A stretch of DNA of 20,210 bases from Candidatus Hadarchaeales archaeon (GTDB taxonomy: Archaea > Hadarchaeota > Hadarchaeia > Hadarchaeales > Hadarchaeaceae), in the NCBI GenBank assembly GCA_038851565.1, contig JAWCKV010000015.1, positions 1 through 20,210 of the forward strand. The letters are read 5' to 3'. The translations under genes were made by a program, and so were the position numbers. Position 1 is the stretch's first letter. Every line of letters starts with the position of its first letter. This document shows positions 9,198 through 15,868 of the stretch, piece after piece. The notes beneath the pieces are model-generated. The model saw nothing but the letters and a program-made list of their open reading frames with translations, did not search any database and had not been told where the DNA came from.

Positions 9198-9641
9198 ATG
9201 GGCAAGGGTGGACCGGGGAGCGCAAGCGTAACTGCCGGAGCGCTGATCGCTGCTCTCAGCATAGTTGCTCTTATGCTGACTGCAATGAACCTCATACCAA
9301 ACCAGACATGGGGGATCACACAGATAACTAACTATGTCCTGTGTTGCTTTGGACTGGCGATAGGACTGATCATGATGGGATACGGAGCTTACATCTGGGT
9401 ACTGTCCGGCAGATATGTGGAGAGGATCGAAGCCCTGGAAAGGGAAAAGGCATCACAGGAAGGGAAAATGCGGCAGATGGAACTGGAGGTGGCCATGCTG
9501 CAGGGAAGGCTGAGGTCGGCCCACAGGAAACTCAAGAGAAAAACAAAACTTGTCCGGAAGTTGAGCGGTAGCCTCGGCGACAGGACGAGAAGGCTGAAGG
9601 AGATCGCCCGTCTGGCCAAGATAGTCAGGAAAAGAAGATAA
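9198..9641 (+). CDS. Hypothetical membrane protein: two TM helices followed by a predicted coiled coil and a Lys/Arg-rich tail
   Basis: ATG 9198 preceded by GAGGAG; two hydrophobic stretches followed by charged heptad-like sequence; no family recognised. Confidence 0.7.
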   Translation: MGKGGPGSASVTAGALIAALSIVALMLTAMNLIPNQTWGITQITNYVLCCFGLAIGLIMMGYGAYIWVLSGRYVERIEALEREKASQEGKMRQMELEVAMLQGRLRSAHRKLKRKTKLVRKLSGSLGDRTRRLKEIARLAKIVRKRR

Positions 9642-9734
9642 AGTTTTCCCACAAAACGCCGGTTGGCTCACGGCACAAAAACACCTGCGCGGAAGGGGCG
9701 GACGTGCGGCGGAAGAAACCGCCAAATCTCACTT

Positions 9735-9839
9735 TGGTGCGGGGGGCAGGATTCGAACCTGCGAAGCCCCTTGGGGCACAGGATGTCCCAGGATTTCCCC
9801 TTAAGTCCTGCCCTTTAGGCCAGGCTCAGGCACCCCCGC
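9735..9839 (-). tRNA. tRNA-Leu(TAA) with a 15-nt intron at 37/38 (intron 9785-9799), CCA encoded
   Basis: Acceptor GCGGGGG/CCCCCGC; anticodon arm CAGGA-CTTAAG-[GGGAAATCCTGGGAC]-A-TCCTG; long variable arm GCCCCAAGGGGC; T arm GCAGG-TTCGAAT-CCTGC. Confidence 0.93.
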
Positions 9840-9870
9840 CCAATTATTCATCTGAGGGGCCCCAATAAAA

Positions 9871-9975
9871 CTAATGAGACTTCCTATGGGACTTCCGATA
9901 GACCGCCCTGTACTTCCTCCTCTTCAGCCTTTTCTCCAGCTCTCTTTCGATCTCTTCGGGTTCCACGCGTCCCAT
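9871..9975 (-). CDS. Putative small basic protein, 34 aa (MGRVEPEEIERELEKRLKRRKYRAVYRKSHRKSH)
   Basis: ATG to TAG open frame below the ORF-track cut-off; TTTTTAA TATA-like box about 25-30 nt upstream; purine-rich codons like neighbouring genes. Confidence 0.5.
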   Translation of the reverse strand: MGRVEPEEIERELEKRLKRRKYRAVYRKSHRKSH

Positions 9976-10237
9976 ACCATACTAACTCTTCCCCACCCAT
10001 TAAAAATCAGGATATCGGCAAATCGATGCCACACAAACAAAAATGAAACCCCGGCCCATTGCCGCCTGAGCTACCAATCGGGACGCTGCGAAAACCTCAA
10101 TACACCGACCTTAGGATATCGAACTGGCGTGGGGATTTGAATCCCAAACTCGGGTAGAAACCGTATAATCGCCACAAAAAATGCTGCGATATCGCCCTAC
10201 ACTGATACATCTTATTCCCTCTTTCGCACCCAGTCCT

Positions 10238-10456
10238 CTAACCCTGCCCTGTGAGCTCCACGAGCTTTCTCTTGCCCCTGCTCCCGCACAACATCCTCGC
10301 GTTCGCGTTGAAGTGCTTTGCCAGCAACCTGAGAACCGCGCGATTTGCCCTTCCATCCCTGGGCGGCTCTCTGACCTTGACCACCACAGGGTCTCCTTCG
10401 ATCACTTCCTCGACGCTGGAATTTGTTATCACCCTTACTTCTATCACCCGCTTCAT
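10238..10456 (-). CDS. DUF167 (YggU/UPF0235) family protein
   Basis: 'VKVREPPRDGRANRAVLRLLAKHF...GSRGKRKLVE' matches the DUF167 signature. Confidence 0.85.
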   Translation of the reverse strand: MKRVIEVRVITNSSVEEVIEGDPVVVKVREPPRDGRANRAVLRLLAKHFNANARMLCGSRGKRKLVELTGQG

Positions 10457-10738
10457 CCAAGCACCTCCTCAGGGTCGCGAGGCTCCGAGCAGTGACATAT
10501 ATCCTCTTCCCGAAGTGCCTTGAAAGCACGCGTTAAGCCTCCGGCCAACCGAGGCGTGGTGTATCCCCCTCTTCTTGAATATCATATTATCTGACCTGAC
10601 CACGCCCAAAAGTTTCACGCGAGCATCCTCGGCCTGCTTACAGAGCCTCAAAAGCCCTTCCCGCCGTGCCCTTTTGGCCATGTAAATGTTGATGCCTTGC
10701 ACGAATGCTATGCCTCGCTGCCATCGGCCCTTGACCAT
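10457..10738 (-). pseudogene. DUF1697-like gene, frameshifted near 10533 and apparently truncated
   Basis: First frame 'IAFVQGINI...SDNMIF' resembles the DUF1697 N-terminus (ALLRGINVGG...SGNVVF); the similarity continues in another frame as 'VLSRHFGKRIYVTARSLATL'. Confidence 0.55.
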
Positions 10739-10850
10739 CCAAACACCGATTTCAGATGGATACGGCGGGCTTTAAAGTTCTGAACCGGCGGACCAATCCT
10801 CCCACGTATGCACTTTTGTCAGGATAAGCTCAATTTTTCCTTTGAGGCAA

Positions 10851-10869
10851 TGGATGCCCCGGGCGAGAT
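10851..10869 (-). repeat. Degenerate direct copy of a tRNA 3' end (att-like site)
   Basis: Plus strand TGGATGCCCCGGGCGAGAT versus tRNA-Glu 11842-11859 TGG-TGCCCCGGGCGGGAT: 17 of 18 identical with one inserted base, same orientation. Confidence 0.6.
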
Positions 10870-10923
10870 GTTAAAAAGAAGATCATGAGAAGATCGCGTG
10901 TGAGGGCTGGGATGTGTAAACGC

Positions 10924-11601
10924 TTAACGGATGAAGATGCGACCACAATCCTTACAGAGCCAGCGCTGTCTTCGTCCCCCCACATAATGGATGCCAGCTT
11001 TCACAATGTTCGTCGATTCACAGAACTTGCACTTCCCCGTGTGCTCAACCCTCCCCTCCGGTGCATAACCTGCCTCTTTGAGGAGGTCTCTCAGAGGCCT
11101 ATCTAGCCCGAGCACGACCGCCCGTTCCATCAAATACTTCTTCTGCAGCTTTCCCTTCTGTCTGACGAGCACGCCGAGCGCATCGTCGTAATCCCTGCCC
11201 CTCCCCGCATCCAGTTTGTGCAGAACCAGATCCTCCGGAGCAACTATTCGCATCTTCGCGCCCAGTATTCTCACAATTCTCGCCCGGTCCAACTCCTTCT
11301 TTTGCCCGTCAGTCTTTGCCAGCCAGAAATCAACTCTGTGTGGGCCGAGCTGGGCGACAAACCGATTTCCCTTCTCCAGCGCGAGCGCAATTTCTCGCCG
11401 ATCAACCTCAAAGCCCCGTTTCTCCAGTGACCGAGCTAGGCGCGGAAAATTCTCCTCTGTGAGCGTTGCGATCACATCTATGTCGTGCGTGGCCCGGGGG
11501 AAGCCATAAAAATCGACCGCGATTCCGCCCGTCAGTGCGTACGGCACTCCGGCTTCCTTCAGGGCCAGGACTACTTTTTCCAGCACTTCTTTGAGCTCCA
11601 T
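10924..11601 (-). CDS. MenT1/AbiEii/DUF6036-like nucleotidyltransferase fused to a C-terminal C4 zinc ribbon
   Basis: 'YALTGGIAV', 'PRATHDIDV' (GG and DxD motifs), 'VDF', 'PEDLVLHKL..GRGRDYDD'; C-terminus 'CKFCESTNIVKAG...RQRWLCKDCGRIF'. Confidence 0.85.
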   Translation of the reverse strand: MELKEVLEKVVLALKEAGVPYALTGGIAVDFYGFPRATHDIDVIATLTEENFPRLARSLEKRGFEVDRREIALALEKGNRFVAQLGPHRVDFWLAKTDGQKKELDRARIVRILGAKMRIVAPEDLVLHKLDAGRGRDYDDALGVLVRQKGKLQKKYLMERAVVLGLDRPLRDLLKEAGYAPEGRVEHTGKCKFCESTNIVKAGIHYVGGRRQRWLCKDCGRIFIR

Positions 11602-11774
11602 CGATCCCCCTTTCTTATGAGTTCATACACGGCCGCATCGGGCTCACGCTTCCCCATTGAATTCGCGAATATTCTGGCAGCGGTCTCGCTAAGATCTAAC
11701 CCTAGCAAAACGCTGTCCGAGCCGCTCATGCGCCGGAAGCGCCTAACGGTCTCCTCAACCTCCCATGGCTTCAT
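11571..11774 (-). CDS. Small helical protein overlapping the NTase start; putative MenA1-like antitoxin
   Basis: 67 aa from ATG 11774 (GTG 11786 is an alternative start); 31-nt overlap with the NTase; 'VLLGLDLSETAARIFANSMGKREPDA' recalls Rv0078B/MenA1 (comparison from memory). Confidence 0.6.
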   Translation of the reverse strand: MKPWEVEETVRRFRRMSGSDSVLLGLDLSETAARIFANSMGKREPDAAVYELIRKGDRWSSKKCWKK

Positions 11775-11793
11775 TCCCGCCACCACGCCTTTC

Positions 11794-11826
11794 TATATAA
11801 ATAAATAACTAAAACAGCTATTTAAA
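11794..11826 (-). promoter_or_regulatory. AT-rich archaeal promoter region for the antitoxin-NTase operon
   Basis: Minus-strand TTTAAATA (11826-11819) and TTTATATA (11801-11794); the latter lies 20-27 nt upstream of ATG 11774. Confidence 0.55.
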
Positions 11827-11841
11827 CCGTATGTCTTCGAC

Positions 11842-11962
11842 TGGTGCCCCGGGCGGGATTTGAACCCGCGTCGCGAGCTCTCTCCGTTTGAAACGCGAGA
11901 GGCTCGTATGATTGGCCCCCCTCACCTAAGCGAGGAGTTTGACCGGACTACACCACCGGGGC
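11842..11962 (-). tRNA. tRNA-Glu(CTC) with two introns: 27 nt in the D arm (about 21/22; 11912-11938) and 16 nt at 37/38 (11880-11895); CCA encoded
   Basis: Removing both introns gives GCCCCGGTGGTGTAGTCCGGTCAA-TCATACGAGCCTCTCG-AGCTCGCGACGCGGGTTCAAATCCCGCCCGGGGCACCA, a normal archaeal tRNA-Glu; both junctions form BHB-type motifs. Confidence 0.92.
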
Positions 11963-12000
11963 ACCGTTTAGGTTTGCGCAAATGTGCGTAAAAAAGTTGA

Positions 12001-12078
12001 TGGCGGGCCCGGTGGGATTCGAACCCACGATCTACAGCTTAGGACGCTGCCGCCCTGTCCTGGCTAGGCCACGGGCCC
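12001..12078 (-). tRNA. tRNA-Arg(CCT), CCA encoded
   Basis: Acceptor GGGCCCG/CGGGCCC; anticodon arm GCAGC-GTCCTAA-GCTGT; T arm GTGGG-TTCGAAT-CCCAC; ends GCCA. Confidence 0.92.
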
Positions 12079-12110
12079 CGGTTAGAATATCCGTTCCCTA
12101 TTTTATCGCT

Positions 12111-13772
12111 TTATCCTTTTCTGACTGCACCCTCCGAGGCCGAGCTCACGAATTTTGAGTAGAATGCCAGGTACCCTCTCCTGATCTTGGGAGGAGGCGC
12201 TCTGAAGCTCTTCAGCCTGCGCCTGAGTTCGGCTGTAGGGACGAGAAGATCCAGCCTCCTTCTCCCTATGTCTATCTCTATCGGGTCCCCGTCCTCAACC
12301 ACAGCTATTGGCCCTCCTTCCGCTGCCTCGGGAGAAACATGGCCGACGCACGTTCCTCTGGTCCCCCCGGAGAACCTTCCATCAGTCACGAGGGCGACTG
12401 ACTCATCGAGCCCCATCCCTGCTATGGCGGAAGTTGGACCAAGCATTTCCCTCATTCCCGGACCTCCCTTGGGCCCCTCGTACCTTATCACCACCACCTC
12501 GCCCGCCTCTATCTTTCCGCTGAGAATCTTTCTCACCGCATCCTCCTCGGAGTCAAAGACCCTTGCCGGTCCTCTGTGGACCATCATCTTCATGCTGACT
12601 CCTGAAGATTTCACGACCGCACCAGCAGGGGCAAGAGTACCGTATAGAATCGCTATGCCTCCGTCCTTTCGGTAGGGGTTGTCAAGGGGCCTTATCACAT
12701 CAGGATCTCCCTCCCTCGCCGACATCAGGTTCTCCTTCACGCTCCTTCCAGTCACCGTGAGCACAGACCCGTCGATAAGGATTCCAAGCTCTTTCATCAC
12801 TGACTGAACCCCTCCAGCCCTGTGCAGGTCGAGCATCGTGTGGGGTCCGGCAGGACGCATTGAACATATATTTGGAGTCCTCCTGCTCAGCTTGTCGAAG
12901 ATCTCCAGGTCAAGCTCCACATCAGCCTCGTGGGCTATAGCTGGCAGGTGGAGAACTGTGTTGGTAGACCCCCCAATGGCCATGTCCACGACTATCGCGT
13001 TCTCGAACGCCTTTCGAGTCATTATCCTCCTCGCGGTTATCCCATTCTTCAGAAGCCTCACTATCTGCTCCCCGCTATCCCTTGCAAGTTTCTTCTTCTT
13101 CGGATCGACCGCGTGAGTTGTGGCCATGTTCGGAAGCGACATGCCCATCGCCTCGGTCAGGCACGCCATGGTATTCGCTGTGAAGAGCCCGGCGCAGGAG
13201 CCGCATCCCGGACAGCTCCTCCTCTCTACCTCTGCGGCCTCCTCCATGCTCATCCTTCCGGCCTTCACGGCCCCCACGGCCTCGAATGAGCTTATGAGGT
13301 CAAGCCCTCTCCCCTTCCATTTCCCGGGCACCATCGGACCTCCGGTGACCATTATCGACGGGAGATCTAGACGGGCCATCGCCATCAGCATCCCGGGCAC
13401 TATCTTGTCGCAGCTCGCCACTCCCACCACTGCGTCAAACCTGTGCGCCTCAACCATCAACTCTACGCTGTCTGCGATCACCTCGCGGGAGGGGAGGGAG
13501 TAGCACATCCCACGGGTGCCCATCGCTATGCCATCGCATATGCCGATTGTGTTGAACTCGAACGGAGTGCCGCCAGCTGCCCTTATTCCCGCTGCTACCT
13601 CCCTGGCCAGCTCGTTCAGGTGGAGGTGGCCTGGCACTATGTTGTTGTATGAGTTGGCTATCCCGATAAAGGGCCTCCTAATGTCCCCATCCTTCAGGCC
13701 GACCGCCCTCAGGAGGGCGCGCCTTGGAAGGCCCTCAAGTCCCTCGACGACTTCCCTGCTCCGGAGTTCCAT
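12111..13772 (-). CDS. ilvD: Dihydroxy-acid dehydratase
   Basis: 'CDGIAMG', 'YSLPSRE', 'CDKIVPG', '[10 protein letters not shown]', 'GGSTN', '[14 protein letters not shown]', 'TDGRFSGGT', 'GHVSPEA'. Confidence 0.97.
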   Translation of the reverse strand: MELRSREVVEGLEGLPRRALLRAVGLKDGDIRRPFIGIANSYNNIVPGHLHLNELAREVAAGIRAAGGTPFEFNTIGICDGIAMGTRGMCYSLPSREVIADSVELMVEAHRFDAVVGVASCDKIVPGMLMAMARLDLPSIMVTGGPMVPGKWKGRGLDLISSFEAVGAVKAGRMSMEEAAEVERRSCPGCGSCAGLFTANTMACLTEAMGMSLPNMATTHAVDPKKKKLARDSGEQIVRLLKNGITARRIMTRKAFENAIVVDMAIGGSTNTVLHLPAIAHEADVELDLEIFDKLSRRTPNICSMRPAGPHTMLDLHRAGGVQSVMKELGILIDGSVLTVTGRSVKENLMSAREGDPDVIRPLDNPYRKDGGIAILYGTLAPAGAVVKSSGVSMKMMVHRGPARVFDSEEDAVRKILSGKIEAGEVVVIRYEGPKGGPGMREMLGPTSAIAGMGLDESVALVTDGRFSGGTRGTCVGHVSPEAAEGGPIAVVEDGDPIEIDIGRRRLDLLVPTAELRRRLKSFRAPPPKIRRGYLAFYSKFVSSASEGAVRKG

Positions 13773-13968
13773 GGAACGCCCAAAAAGGTCTTGTCGAGGG
13801 GTTATTTAGCCTTGCCAGCCCACAGGAGACGGGCCCACCACGCCCGGCTCGAAACGAGAAATCTTAATAGCAAAAAAGTTGACATAATATTAGATTGGGG
13901 GTATTATAGGAACTTCTTCCAGACCGGGGAGGGCCAGGGTTGTCCATAAGCCCCGCGGGCGATCAAGG

Positions 13969-15837
13969 GTGGGGTGGGTCAAACACTTCTTAGAGAGCGC
14001 CGGATGGATCGTCGCGGCCTTTCTGGTGCTCTCGTCAGCGGGGCGGGCGATGAACCCTTCAAACACCTCTCAGAGCTGGATCATGAACCAGCCCTCGCTA
14101 TCCCATCAGAACAGCCCACCTCAGGCCAGATTCTCATTTTCCCCATCCACGGTTTCTCCCGGCGACTCGATTCAGTTCACCGATGCCTCAAACGACCCGG
14201 ATGGCTCAATCGTGGGCTGGCTCTGGAACTTCGGGGATGACAGCCCGCCGTCCAGAGCTCGCAACACCACGCACGCCTACGCGGCACCGGGTGCTTACAC
14301 CGTTACGCTCACCGTGACTGATTCCTCCGGAGACACAGACACGTGCTCCAAAACCGTATCCGTCATGGATAAAACCGATGAGTCATCGATCTGGTGCCTG
14401 GTGTGGAGCGATGAGTTCAACGGATCTTCGGTGGACAGAAACAACTGGAAGTTTGAAACTGGTGGAGGGGGCTGGGGAAACAACGAGCTTCAGTACTACA
14501 CCGATGGTGCCAACGCAAGGGTTGAGAACGGCATGCTCATCATAACTGCCAGAAAGGAGAGCGTCGGCGGGAGGAGCTACACCTCCGCCCGCATGAAGAC
14601 AAAGGGTCTCAGGGAATTCATGTACGGCAGGGTGGAGGCGCGGCTCTCGGTCCCGATGGGGCAGGGGCTCTGGCCGGCCTTCTGGATGCTCGGGACCAAC
14701 ATAGAATCGGTTGGATGGCCAAGATGCGGGGAGATTGACATAATGGAGCACATAAACAACGAGAGGAGGATACACGGCACTATGCACTGGAACAACGGGG
14801 GGCACGTGTCATCCGGCAGCTCCATCGAAAATCCCACCCCGGACTCATTTCACACTTACGCCATAGAGTGGGATCCCCTGTCAATAAAGTGGTATCAGGA
14901 CGACGTGCTCTACCACCAGGAAGACATAGCCAACGGGGTGAACGGAACTGAGGAGTTTCACCAGCCGTTCTTCATCATCCTCAATCTGGCTGTGGGGGGG
15001 AACTGGCCTGGAGCGCCCAACGCCAGCACACAATTTCCGGCGGAGTTCAGGGTGGACTACGTGCGGGTTTATTGCCCGTACTTTGCGGTGACCGTGGATA
15101 AAGCAAGCGGTGTGGTACAGGCCGGCGGCTCACTCCATGTTGACCTGAGGGTTTCAGTTCTGGATGAGTATTCTGAAACAATCAACCTAAGCGCGAGCGG
15201 TCAGCACCCGGGGACCACGGTTAGGTTCTCACCGCGGGGCGGCACTGGGGAGTTCACCTCAACGATGAGCATAAGCACGGAAGAGGACGTGCCGGAGGGG
15301 ACCTATCCGATAACCGTCACCGCGACTGGGAGCGACGGCAGGAGGCAGAGCATCATCTTCAACCTGGTGGTGAGATCAGCTGCCAGCAGCGTGTATTCCG
15401 TCTACAGCGACGCAGGGATACCCTATGGGAGTGAGGTATGGACCTGGAACGGGATGAACGCGAGCTTCGAGGGGCGATGCCAAGGTGAAAGCCCGCCCGA
15501 GGGCAAAACGTGCTTCCAGACTTGCAGCCAGAACTGGGCGGGCTGGGGGGTATTCCTCATCTACCCTTCCGACCACACCGTTGATCTGTCGTCCTACACG
15601 TGCCTGAAGTTCTGGGTAAAAACATCGCATGACCTCAAGGTCGAGATAGAGGCGCCCAGGGGAAGGAAACACACCAGATACATAAGCAGGTACGGCTGGG
15701 ACGGAACCGAGAGGTGGCAGGAGATCACGATACCGGCAAGTGATTTCGGAAACCTGGACTCAGTCTGGTCACCTTTTCTAATCACAACCTCCAACCCAGG
15801 CGACTTTTACGTGGACAACGTCAGATGGATAAGGTGA
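13969..15837 (+). CDS. Secreted multidomain GH16 beta-1,3-glucanase (laminarinase-like): signal peptide, PKD, GH16, Ig-like domain, C-terminal CBM-like beta-sandwich
   Basis: PKD 'FTDASNDPDGSIVGWLWNFGD...HAYAAPGAYTVTLTVTD'; GH16 'LVWSDEF', 'GWGNNELQYY', 'YTSAR', 'WPAFWMLG', catalytic 'EIDIME' (14731-14748), 'ILNLAVGGNWPG', 'VDYVRVY'; C-terminal 'WQEITIP..DF...YVDNVRW'. Confidence 0.9.
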   Translation: MGWVKHFLESAGWIVAAFLVLSSAGRAMNPSNTSQSWIMNQPSLSHQNSPPQARFSFSPSTVSPGDSIQFTDASNDPDGSIVGWLWNFGDDSPPSRARNTTHAYAAPGAYTVTLTVTDSSGDTDTCSKTVSVMDKTDESSIWCLVWSDEFNGSSVDRNNWKFETGGGGWGNNELQYYTDGANARVENGMLIITARKESVGGRSYTSARMKTKGLREFMYGRVEARLSVPMGQGLWPAFWMLGTNIESVGWPRCGEIDIMEHINNERRIHGTMHWNNGGHVSSGSSIENPTPDSFHTYAIEWDPLSIKWYQDDVLYHQEDIANGVNGTEEFHQPFFIILNLAVGGNWPGAPNASTQFPAEFRVDYVRVYCPYFAVTVDKASGVVQAGGSLHVDLRVSVLDEYSETINLSASGQHPGTTVRFSPRGGTGEFTSTMSISTEEDVPEGTYPITVTATGSDGRRQSIIFNLVVRSAASSVYSVYSDAGIPYGSEVWTWNGMNASFEGRCQGESPPEGKTCFQTCSQNWAGWGVFLIYPSDHTVDLSSYTCLKFWVKTSHDLKVEIEAPRGRKHTRYISRYGWDGTERWQEITIPASDFGNLDSVWSPFLITTSNPGDFYVDNVRWIR

Positions 15838-15868
15838 TGGAAACCGGAATGTCCCCCAGGGGGGGCGT

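Noticed and set aside
9708..9723. GGCGG-AAGAAA-CCGCC hairpin between the membrane-protein gene and tRNA-Leu
   Set aside because: It is only a 5-bp stem with no adjacent U tract, which is insufficient to call a terminator or ncRNA.
10040..10200. Circularly permuted or split tRNA gene (3'-half-like motif precedes a 5'-half-like motif on the minus strand)
   Set aside because: No acceptor-stem complementarity, anticodon arm or BHB junction could be built. Kept only as possible att scars.
10924..11031. Intact IS1-family element
   Set aside because: Only the zinc ribbon is present. No DDE/InsB region or terminal inverted repeats were seen.
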